This document shows positions 48,851-60,658 of a stretch of 64,000 bases of DNA, piece after piece (positions within the stretch are counted from its first letter, which is position 1; the number at the start of each line of letters is the position of its first letter). The stretch spans positions 4,960,001 to 5,024,000 of the forward strand of contig OZ210884.1 of the NCBI GenBank assembly GCA_964658305.1. The letters are read 5' to 3'. This DNA is from Leptogorgia sarmentosa. Taxonomy: Eukaryota. Position numbers and translations under genes: made by a program. The notes under the pieces are model-generated. The model was not told the DNA's origin and did not search any database. It saw only the letters and a list, made by a program, of their open reading frames with translations.

Positions 48851-51800
48851 ATGCAGTATATCATTTCTTGGATAGATTGTTTTCTCTTGCTGCAACTATT
48901 GAACATGATGTCAGCTGATCCTTTCAGAGAGGACTGTGCAAGAATGGGTACTTTTAAGAAAAAGTATCACGGTATTTATAAAATTAATGTGATTATATTA
49001 ATTAATGTAAAATTATTGTACCCGATGTGTCAAATCACTTCAGTATTCTCAGTTAATAATATAAGATTTATAATTGAAGATAACAATTAACATATCAGAA
49101 ATGTAAAAGGTTATACCAAGATAGCACAACTTGAATGCTTTGAATATTTGCAATTTGACATGAAAAATTTCGGGATAAAGATTAATTTTAAACACTTCGA
49201 AAGAATAACTTCTCTTGCTTGCTTCACGCAGCGCTATCGTGACAGTATCTACAAATTGAACTAAAACGATTTCGTGACAGTAATTTATTAGGCCAAATCA
49301 TATGTAATGAAAATTATTACATAGTAGTATACAAGGTGAGGCTATTGGTACATCATGCATGCAGTTAGTTAGAATGGTTGCCGGGTATTTGCAAATTGCG
49401 AGTTGTTGTGCTTATGACAAGTATCTGTTGTGCTTATGACAAGGTTTTTCTCCCTGCTTCAACTGCAGCAATTTATGTTTAGCCATTACTAAAAAAATGA
49501 AACGGACTGCCCACTTTTAAACAAGATGTCTGTTTAACATAGCAATTAACGTTCTGTTTAGATTCGTCACTGCAAAATCATGTTCTCGAAATCATCGAAG
49601 TCACGCATGTAGCATTGTGTTCAACTGCTTGCTTGAATAACGCAGAATGTCAGTCACACAATTTCCAAGAAACAGAGAATGTTGCGAAATTGTGTGAACT
49701 CAGTTCTTCGACTGAAAATGCATCAATAGCGGATTTTGTACCTCGTTCTGGTTATTCCTATTATGACGCTGAGGTAACTAACATTGAGCATTTGTTTTGG
49801 CGAATCGCGCAATTACGCCATGCGACCAGACCTTAAAATCCGCCATTTTTGGGTGGCAAAATCATTGTTTTTGTCGATTATTTGTTATCAAAACATAAAA
49901 GATAAAATTTTTCGCTTGTAAACAATTGTTTATCACTTAGTTAATTCATAAGTGTTGAAAATTTGAATTAAATTGCACTCGCCGAAAATATGCATTTTTT
50001 CATCGCGTGTTTTCTTGGCGAAGTTTCAACATTTTGTGCTGAAACTTCACACATAGTTAGCGACAGTCTCGTATTTAGTAAAATACGATAAATTTGGTTT
50101 AAATGTTGTTTCTATAAAACAAAATTTACATAATTCAACCATTTTGCCACTCAAAAATGGCGGATTTAAGGCCTGGTCGCATAGCGTGAGAAAGGCTAAT
50201 TTGATTGGCTGCTGACGAGGCAGGATATTCCCGTATTGCCCAGGGGCAATACGCAATTTTTATTGCCCTGCGAGGAAAACAATCGCAAACAGCCTTTCAA
50301 ATTCGTTATATTGTATTTATATAATAAAGCTAGAAAATTATTACTGAATGAGCGACGAGGAGCATTCTGAAAGCGAGTTCTATTATCCAGAAGTTGAAAA
50401 TGAAGAATACGAAACTGATTTTTATCAGTTTAACGAAGTATACAATCCAACGACCGTCGCGAGCAGCGAAACAGCCAGGAAGAAATTGACCAAATTCCTA
50501 TTTATTTGCGCAACAGATTATATGCCATATAATAAAAAACTTACTGACTTCGACTGTTCGGGCTGTACGGGAAAATATGTATATATTTCCCGTACAGCCC
50601 TCACTATCAGTCAGTAAGTTATTAATATTGCGTACGTGTCTCCCCTTAATTGTCAACGTTTTTACTGGTATGGAAAGACTTTTCATGATTGAAAGAAAAC
50701 GTAGCTATAAATACCAAGATGGGAGGCATTGATGACAGCGATTTGCAACTCGGGGCAAAATGGGGTAAAATAAGAGCTGGCATTTGCCGCTTATTTTTTG
50801 GCTGGGAAAATGGTCAGGAGTTTATGGACTGGAACTGGGATTCATTAGCAAAATAGAGAAAATGGGAATGGGACTAAGACTTAAGCATGAAGCCGCCGGG
50901 ACGATATATAGAATCGGCTCACTCAAAATTTGGACTGGGAATTGAGAATTAATATGACCCTCTTCGAAGGTGTTAAAATCTTGAATTAAATGGCAATTTT
51001 TTCTCTATAGGATGATCCTGAATGTGAACCTCCATGTTATAGTACAGGTCGTTGTCTCCACAGTTGTTTAGGGGCTGTATGTTCATATCGTAAGTGGAGT
51101 TTTTATTAATTATTTGAAAAAATTGAGATCATAATTTAGAAAAATTGTAAATGTTCGTATACAGGCACACGCAAACGAAGGCCCGGTACGGTACGCGGTA
51201 TACGGCTGTTTTACATTTTCATATCTCAAGATCCAAATTACATCATATCTATTTAAAAGGATTACATAATTTAAATCATAAGCTGTCCAGACGATAGAAA
51301 CATCAGTTGAGGTAAGATCTTTGATAACTCTCATGTTTGGAGCTGTTTTTACTACAATTTCCAGACAACGCGATTTTCGTCTTCTGATAGATGTGAACGA
51401 GTGGATTAATAACGAATGTTCTGCATGTAATAACGAATGTTCTGAATGTGCATGTATTTTTGCACTGGTCAAAATAAAATTCGTGGCTGGTTTGCCGTTT
51501 GCGCACTCACATCTATATAAAAAAAGAAAAATAGCCTTTCAGTGCTTTAGCGTGCATAATTTTTTCTATCGCGAGTCGTGACGTACTTTTCTCGAATTCT
51601 TGTTCTATAGTTCATAATTTCAACAAATGTTTGCAAGATAACAATATCAACAAACAGCTAAGGTTTAGTCGCCTTCTTCTAGTTTGTAACTAATGAGCGA
51701 GTTAACTTTCTAATCAACTATATAGTCAATTGCTGATCAAAGGCCGTAACGAGTTCACTATTAGGCTGGTATAGCCTTTTTACATTGCATTATTCAGTGC

Positions 51801-53976
51801 AAATATTGCTTAAAAAACCATTCTAGGATCTTGTGTAACACATAAGTTATTTGTGTCTAAATTTCTCTTCTGAGGATTTGCAGTTAGCGCCCAATTCGTT
51901 GTTGAAACATCTGATTTGGTAGCCGGCATGGCCAGCAGAACTTTGGCGGTATATTTCCGCGGGAAGATTAAGGAGAGAAAGCAACAAATACGTAGTTCTT
52001 CCCAAGATCTTCCCCCCGAAATACGGCAGAAAAGCTCTGCTGGGTCCTAAAGACCTTTTATATTCTTACATAAAACTGTGTAAATATCGGCAGATCCCGC
52101 ATCCTGTAAAGAGGTGAAAGAATCTGGACTTAGTAATGGCGATGGTGAATACGACTTGTATCTGTTACATCCAGTCTGTGCACGTACTGCTCGAGTGTAT
52201 TGTGCTGATATGGACACAGATAATCCTTTGGAATATGTAACGTTATCTGCCGGCAGAGACACTAACTACGCACTTGATAATCGTCTACCCTGGGGGGATT
52301 ATCAGTGGGATCATGGCAAGACGGCTTATGATAAGGTTGGTAAAATATGCGCATTTGAATTTTTAGCCCGTTCTCCGTTTCCATTACTGTGACTACTGTG
52401 ATTTATGGGTGATTGTAAAAATGTTGAGGAAGCACATACTTCAGGATCTATTCGCTCATCAAAATAAAAGGATGCCAAGCATCGTCAAATTAGCACGTAT
52501 TCCTCCCAGATGTATCAAAACACGATTTTGCTAAAGTGAATCTGATCCCGTGATGGTAATAAACGTATGCTACCAATGTCAGCATGTGTCAATAAACTCC
52601 AAACTGAGGCTAGGCCTTATTAGTGCAGCAAGGGTTTCTCTATTGCTGCAGTTAACAACGACACAGAACCATTAAACGATTCGGAAAATAAATTGCAATT
52701 GTTAATACGGCTCCCGATTCATCCTCGCTTCCGTGTTTATATATAGTGACTTACGCTTCCCGAACTCGCAATAGGGACCGTTCATTGTTGAACTGATAAT
52801 CAAAGAGTCCTAGCTATTGGACTTTCCTTTGAATGATGTTGTAGGTATTTTAGATCTGCTGTATAGCTATGATCAAGGGCGTCAATCCGTTCCAAAAAGT
52901 GGGGGGGGACCATAAGCGTACGGGCTACATTTTTCAAGGGGGGGGGAGAAAGATCTTTGCCCGAATTTGAGGGTAGCGAATGTCACGAGGCGCCACCATG
53001 GTTGGCGCCGAGCTTTTTAATGAAGCAAAGTTCGCCGATTTAAAATTATGGCTATCTTTTTGTGACGAGTTCTACTGTGTTACACATCTGAGTTTGCCCG
53101 CTATTTACGAATTGCGATGGCAATGTCGGCCAACTACGACAATTATGATTTATAAAGATCGCAGCAAAACTTCGAACAGCTAGGAATTTCGAAAACATCC
53201 AAAAATAGTCCTCGTGAGTTAGTCTGTCCAGTACCCGCTGATCTCTCGATTTACGTCATAAAATTGCCTACGTCACGAAACAAATCTCGATTTTGGACGA
53301 CTAACATACATAACTCCGTGGAGAGGTCTGGACACAAGTTACCACCGCAAGAATAGTATGCTGCCTCCCTTCGGTCGGCAGCAATGAAATTTTAGCGTGA
53401 AAAATAAACAAATTGATGTCTTATTCTAAAAATTGTTAAAACAAGCTTTTTTCACTGTATAGGTATGAGTTCGCTGAAAATACATGCCTGTGTTGGGAAG
53501 GCATCGAGTACAGCTAAGCAAAGATCGCGTGATTGCCAACTCTCATCCTCGTTTGATTAGCCTTAATTAATATTGTATTTCAAGTGAGTGTTTTCATGAT
53601 AATCAGCAGATATTTTGTCTTTCAGATACGTCTTGAAGTTCCATCACTAAAGGTCTGGACTAACGATTCAAGATTTTCTACGCAAATTGAAGGCACGAAT
53701 GTAATGCAGTACGCATTCGCCGCTGATTGTATGTGGGCTGCTACCTGTGAAGAATATACACAACACAGATATGGAAAAACTGAAACAAATCTAACTGGCA
53801 CTGATTTTCAATTCCAATCTTCCATTCCTTATGAAGTTAATAGTTGGCCGCCGGAATGTACTCGTTTGATTGATCCAACCATGAGTAGTGATAGAAAAAC
53901 ATGGTCAGTTATATGCGGTGGTTATTGTGGAGGATGTAGGCCTCTATCTCTCATTCTCGAGGTTGATGGCTGTTGA
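48851..53976 (+). CDS. Secreted PAN/apple + truncated EGF-like + GON domain protein, paralog A, 5 exons, ~334 aa
   Basis: Exons 48851-48971, 49562-49773, 51011-51089, 52094-52335, 53626-53976, in phase (1005 nt). Probable signal peptide; PAN C-x3-C..C-x-S-x-N..CEL; GON motifs PASCKEV, DGEY, VYCADM, PLEYVTL, KIRL, ADC, NLTGT, CGGYCGGC. Confidence 0.88.
49815..50198. mobile_element. MITE, copy 2 of the 7248-7657 family
   Basis: GCGACCAGACCTTAAAATCCGCCATTTT / AAAATGGCGGATTTAAGGCCTGGTCGC inverted ends. Confidence 0.75.
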
Positions 53977-56413
53977 TATATTACTACAATGGTCTTCTTT
54001 CGTCGTGGCACCACACGTGTAATGCGAGACAGGAGTTTATTATTAAAGTATTTTTGTTGTCACAACGAATGATTGCAAGCGATAGTTTAGCGAAAAAAAG
54101 TCTTGCCAAATTTCATATTAATCTTGGCCACACTGCGCCATGGCAACTTAAATGAACTTGGATAACTAACTGTCTTGAAGTGCTGGAATGTGTCTAAAAG
54201 AGGACACGCCTACTTATTATTACCTCTATTATATATATAAAATTATTGCAATCACATTGATGAAGAACCATCACATTGTTCAAGAAGAATTATATAACTG
54301 TTTCATTAATTGTGCCTTATAGCAAAAAGCAACATGGTCGCTCAATTTATAAATACGAACAATAGAAAACGGTAGTAAAATAAAAACTATATCACATGTG
54401 TTCTGCCATAACAAACGCACGCACAATCTTTATTATCTTTTCACGTTTAGCATGAATGGACAAGTTTTGACTCGGAATATAATTTTCCTACAGATAGAAC
54501 AGGGTCGGAATGTGTTTTTTTGTAATAGATCACCAGAGCAAAATTGCAGGATGTCACGAATTAGGAAACTTTCCTGTGGTTGCGAATGAACCCGGACATT
54601 TCCCTTTTTGAAAGTTTGCACTGAGGCATGATGAATTCCTTCATGCTTTTTAAAATATACTAGAATATCACATGGCCAAAGTATAAAATCTAATTATACG
54701 CATTCATTCACAGAAATAAAGAAATAAGGCGTAGATGGGACGTCGAAGCCAAAGTTAATGAGCTTGTTTGAAATCATGTACGTTAGGTTCGGCACAAGAA
54801 AAGTTTGACGTCCAAAGTCTGAACTCAGTGAGTCTGGCCTAATAAATAAAAACATAATGTAATGTCAGAATGTAATGAAATGTAATGTCATAATTTGCAG
54901 TGTACATGTTTTTACAACAATAGCAAATAAAATTTGGTAATTAAAAATGTAATTGACGATAACATTCCAAACAAACTTTGTCGGAAACCGCGTTTTGAAG
55001 AGTGATGCTGCATGAACAATTTTAAGTTCACGCACGTCGAAGGGGGGGGGGGGGGCTTTCGACGGGCCTGAACCCGGGTGGGTGGGTAGGGTTTCTCCCT
55101 GATCCTTCAGGACACGTAATCACTAATATGGATTTTTAGCCCCCTTGCTTCAGTTAGAGTAGAATGTGAAAGAAATGAGCTAGCCATTATTTGATATGCT
55201 CGCAATTTCACGCCAGTTAAAAGCTAATTTAAAATACGAAGAGATGACGCACATTCAGCAACAATACAAGGATTTTTAAATGGCCGAGGCGTTTATGGGG
55301 ACAACATGTACATGGTGTACACTACTAGTTTAAGAAAAGGTAGACAAGAAATGGTACGTGCCAAAACCTACTCTACAGATTGTACAGGGTGTCCCAAAAG
55401 GCCAGCCTTTGTGCTGAAAACAAAGTAAATAACGTAGTAGAATGAGGAAGCTTGGGTCGTTTTTTTAATGATAATGTTCAGCGGCAATTATTCAAATACG
55501 GAATAAATTATTTTATCTGCTGGATCCATTTTTAAGGAGGTAGGTTTATCTTTTTTTACGCTTTACTTTTTGGTTTACCATAACGGGTGGTAGAAGTTTA
55601 TGTGATGTGTTTTCATTTAGGTTACCATAATTGTCGTTGCAACGTTTCAATAATTGACATAAGATTGCGTCGTACAGTTTTTAATGGGAATTTTATTTCG
55701 AAAATGACCGCCATGAGTCTCATTATCAAGTTTTTATAAGCGTAATAGAAACCACCGGAAAGTTGTGCCAACCTACAACTTTCTTCGCAGTTTTAATGCG
55801 AATTTTAATTGGTGAGAACGAAGTACAATCTCAGTTAATGTTGTTGGTTACATGCAGTTTATTTACCCTTCAACTTTCCCACATAAGCACAATATTTTAC
55901 CCAATACGGCGTTGTATCTTTGTACGCATGACAAGAACAATTGTAGGATTGTATCAGCTAAATATTATTGATTTATTTTTGGCTCAAGTGACAGCACAAA
56001 ATGACAATTTAAGGGTAAAACAAGGCATACCATGTTTCATGAGGAATTTAGCAAGCTCTGTAGATCAGCTGCATGGATGTTGGATGGCACTTCGCGTGGC
56101 ACAGTATGATTGTCATTTAATGTTTGAACACATTGTAAGTGCTGGTATAGTGTATTGAAAAAGCTTCCAGGACGTGTATAATTAGAACAGACAAATTTAT
56201 TTCGTTTTATAGTACGCATAAAACACGAGAACAGCCATTTGGAGCATTGTTTTGTCTAAAAAACTGCATGGTGGTAACTGAATTACAAAATGTTTAATTA
56301 TGTAATCGCCTTGACGACAAGAACACTCGCGCAAAACAATCATAGCTGCATCAGCAAGTATTAAAAAGTTGTGCTGAGAGTAAGAAGTAAACTTTGTATC
56401 AAGTTAAACTGAA

Positions 56414-59400
56414 ATGAACATCAATATCATGTCCCTGAGGTTTTCGATGATCTGTTGTCTTCTTGCACAAACATGGAAGGAGAATTTCGCTGCTTCGGTT
56501 TTCATGGAAGAATGCTTGAAAATAGGGTCATTTAAGAAGAAACGTCAAGGTAAGCATTTAATCAACAGAAGAACAAATCTTCGATCCAAAATGTTTTACA
56601 GCAGTATTAAATTAACCTGTCAATAAATATCTCAAACTATACCTTAAAGCTGTTTTTGCATGATGGGAATGTGAACGTCATGAGGTGAACACAAAAGGTT
56701 TACGGTGTAACCTTTAGTTGCGGTTTTCCCAAATATTTCCATTCCCTTTTATTGCTTGCGTAAATTAAGCATGCAACAATTGAAGCAACAATTTGTTGAC
56801 GGTGCCTGACGCGCAGTAGTTGCATGTAAAACCTAACAATTTAACTGATCTTCATGAAGTTTTGTAAGGTTGGTTGGTTATAAGGTTTGAAAAAATTTAA
56901 ATAGTTAACTACCTTGGAAGGCGGGGGTTGAGAAACTGAATAGCGGAAAAAATAGGAGTTTTGTTGTCAGTGGGACATGATTGAAGCCTTTGTTTCAGCA
57001 CTAAGGGCAAGATTCCAAACGTAATTATCGCTTTGGCGAATTGGCGTGCTCTTCAAAAACGTTTTATTTTCGTTTACGTGAACGTCTTAAACTATGAATC
57101 CATCATGTTTTTAGTTAGTTTGCTGAGAAATCTCAAAACTCCAGATATGAGTTTTAAGTTTGGATCCAGCGTGAATTACCGGATATACAGCAAATTTTCG
57201 TCTTAATATCATTGTAGTCAATTTTCTGGACGCTGATTGGCTAAATTTCGCCAAACACGCGTGCATTAATACTTCTCGAACCGTGTAATTTCCTATACTA
57301 ATTATAAGCGAAATGTTAAATATTTTTGAATCGATCTGTATCGCTTTTAAAATCTAAACCGTTGCATCGCAACATGATAGAAAGAGACGTTTTCACATCT
57401 TCAGTTGACATGCACGTGATTAGTTTGCCCTTTGAACCGGACAAACGAAACCGACGAAATTAGTTAATAATATTGACAATATTTTTTTATAAATATTATT
57501 TTTTTAATTGGTTCACCACAACTTGGAGGCGGGTGGGACGGTTTCGGCAGAGACGCGAGCTACTGGGGGAGAGCTACTGACGTGCTCTGATGCGTAGCCA
57601 AAAATTGAAAAAAATGGCCCGAAGGTAGACTTCAAGGTGGTCTGGGACGAAAAAACACGTTTTTCAATGTTGTACATGGTCACAAAATATGGACGCTCTA
57701 TTAGGGAAAACATTGGGTTCGGTAGGGAGAAGAATTGGAGCAAAAATAAACGGCCATGGTTGTGTACTAACGACAGTGACCTAATACATGAAAATCTGTC
57801 CTAAACATAAAAAACACACATTAGAAGCCGATGAAGGTTCAAGGTTCACCTTGTTTATAAACGAACACGGTAAAAAGGAAATAGGAATTACGAACGTAGC
57901 ACAATTTCTTTGTTGCAGGTACATTTTCATAAAGCACACAAGGCATGTTGTTTAATTTTATATAATACCTCATTACATTCAGGTCGTTTGATTGGTTAAT
58001 TATGGTCACGTGAAATTGAATAGAAAGTTCCACTTTGTAACTGGGCTTCGCCTCGTTGAATAGAACATTCCATCTTTGGAATGAAAATATTCTTACCATT
58101 GCACTCATAAACATTCATTATGTGTATAATAACCCACGTTTTCGTTTTCTAAAAAATACTTTTCAGATTTCTCACTAGAGAATCACATTATTGAAACAAT
58201 TAAAGTCAGTCATGTGGCATTCTGTACTATGGCTTGTCTGGATCATGCGCAATGCAAGTCATATAATTTCCAAGAAACAGAGAATGCTGACAAATCTTGT
58301 GAGCTCAGTTCTTCGACCGAAGCTGTTTCAAGTTCCGATCTTGTATCTCGTCAAGGATATTCTTATTCTGACGCTGAGGTGAATACATGCTATGTCATTA
58401 TAATGTCAAAATTGTGCACATTTTCAATTTTCCGAAAAAATATTTTAGCTGAAACGGTGGAAAAGTCAGCCCGACAACCCCAGAATAGATATAATAGAAT
58501 GTACACACATTTAAGGAATAGAAAACATTTTCCATGTTTACATTGAGTTATGTAAATACGAGTGCAACTGTGCAAGTTTGGGAGAACGAGAAATGTGTGG
58601 AACACACATTTTACGCGCGCACACTTCCCGAACTGTTATGCTGCATTGCTACCACTGATGACTACAAACACGAGAATTGTCCAACTCAATTTTTGTTTAT
58701 TTATGAGACTTTGTTTACTTTTACTAGAGATAGCCAAGGTAAAAACCGTTCAATATTTGGAATAATTTTTTTCTTCTTATGCACAGGAGGAACCTGAATG
58801 TGATTGTGTTAATGGAGGAAAGTGTAATTTATCCTGTGCAGGAGCTGTTTGCCAGTGCCTCGATAATATATACTTTCCAGACTACCAAGGACGTTATTGT
58901 GGATATCCATGTAAGTGTAACATTGGTCGCTCTAAGGAATAAGTTTATAGTTATTGATAAAATAACATAGTACCTTGCAGGCGCTTAGCTATGGGAATCA
59001 ATTATTTTCAGCATAATCATTTGGCACTGGCCCACTCAGCCTCTTTTGAGTGGTGAACTGGGATTAGACCCCCCGATTATTCTGGTAAAGTTGATTACCA
59101 CTTCTTGTTCTTGCCATTTCAAAATGTGGTTAATTTTATATCCAGATCCTGCATCCTGTAAAGAGGTGAAAGAATCTGGACTTAGTAATGGCGATGGTGA
59201 ATACGACTTGTATCTGTTACATCCAGTCTGTGCACGCACTGCTCGAGTGTATTGTGCTGATATGGACACAGATAATCCTTTGGAATATGTAACGTTATCT
59301 GCCGGCAGAGACACTAACTATGCATTTGATAATCGTCCTAGCGGACATTCCTACCGTCATCGCCACAGTAAAACAGCATATGACAAGGTTTGTAGTGTCT

Positions 59401-59903
59401 TTCCTCAAGTGTATTTAACAGTTGGGCAACGAGGCAGAGTTGTCTAATTGTGAAATGGGTGGCGAGTGGAGCAGGCGAGAGCAATTGCAGTGTAATTGCA
59501 CTAGTGTGATTTGTGCGCGCAACTATATTCTTAAATTTGATATTTTTTTCAGATACGTCTTGATGTGTCTTCATTGGAAGTCGATATACATGATTCAAGA
59601 TTTTCTGTGCAGATTGTGGGCACCTACAAAAGACCATACGGAACTGCCAATGACTGCAGATATTATTCTGATTGTTCAAATTACATACTCAACGTAGTTG
59701 GAAAAACTGAGGCAGACCTAACTGGCACTGATTTCAAATTTCCATCTTCCATTCCTTACACTATTAATTCCTGGCCAAGTTGTGCCAAAGTGTTTAAAAA
59801 CCCAACAATGAGTGCAGACAGGAAGAAATGGTCTGTTCAATGTGGTGGTTATTGTGGTACCTGTGGTCCGAACCCTCTTATCCTTCATATTGATGGTTGT
59901 TGA
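56414..59903 (+). CDS. Secreted PAN/apple + EGF-like + GON domain protein, paralog B, 5 exons, ~354 aa
   Basis: Exons 56414-56549, 58167-58378, 58787-58910, 59146-59387, 59553-59903, in phase (1065 nt). Same intron phases and identical exon 2/4/5 lengths (212/242/351) as paralog A; EGF CVNGGKC..CQC..YQGRYC; GON ends CGGYCGTCGP. Confidence 0.9.
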
Positions 59904-60658
59904 TTTGCCTTTCCATAAAAGCAGACCTACTGCCTGCGTTTTGCTGCCCCGAAAATTTGCGTTCCTAGCTTAGAAACACAGGAGACGATTTCGAAAATCC
60001 GACGATTTGGCCAAACTATGCAAATATTTCCATTGTTCATAATCGGAGAAAACAATAAATTTTAAGAAGAATGAATAATGATCTGAAATTTCCATAGCAT
60101 GAGCAAATTGTCGGGCAGGTTTCGCCCCTGCCTTTTAATCAGCCTTATCAAACATTTCTTTTTGTTTTTGGCATGTTAGTATAATGCACTATTTAGTATA
60201 CATACTAGACTTTAAGACAAAGCCATAGAAAGAAATCAATTCACCATTTGAGATTGGACCTTGACCTTTATTGTACCTTTGTACTTTTTCATGTTTTTTG
60301 TGCAAGGGCGGTAAAGATGCAGAGAAAAACATTTTTGGTTGTTTTGTGTGTGTTCAAGGCAATCTATGCAAGCGTTTATTGATGTAGCCTTGTTGTCGTA
60401 TATTCAAACAACGGTATTAAAAATATTATTTTGAAAGGAGTAAAAAATAGGAATAATTCACAACACTGCTTCTCACCATTTCCTCAATGCACGTTTTGAA
60501 CAACCTGCTGAATATTACAAGAATATTTATAGCTAGCCAAAACTTAGGATTATTGCACCCAGTTCTATGCATGTATATGTTAATCTTCTAAAAATACACG
60601 AGTTTATATTAAAATAAATCATGTCAAAATTGGAAAGAATGTCTGGGTGTCAGGTGAT

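Noticed and set aside
50348..50617. ORF MSDEEHSESEFYYPE... as a nested gene
   Set aside because: It lies in a repeat-like intronic segment and runs into a hairpin repeat; no domain is recognisable.
54564..54605. Two NF-kB-like sites (GGAAACTTTCC, GGACATTTCCC) between the GON genes
   Set aside because: Imperfect short matches ~1.8 kb from the next ATG; cannot be distinguished from chance without conservation or ChIP data.
52047..59314. Duplicated antisense ORFs MSLPADNVTYSKG... (52047-52262 and 59036-59314)
   Set aside because: These are shadows of the near-identical GON exon 4 on the opposite strand.
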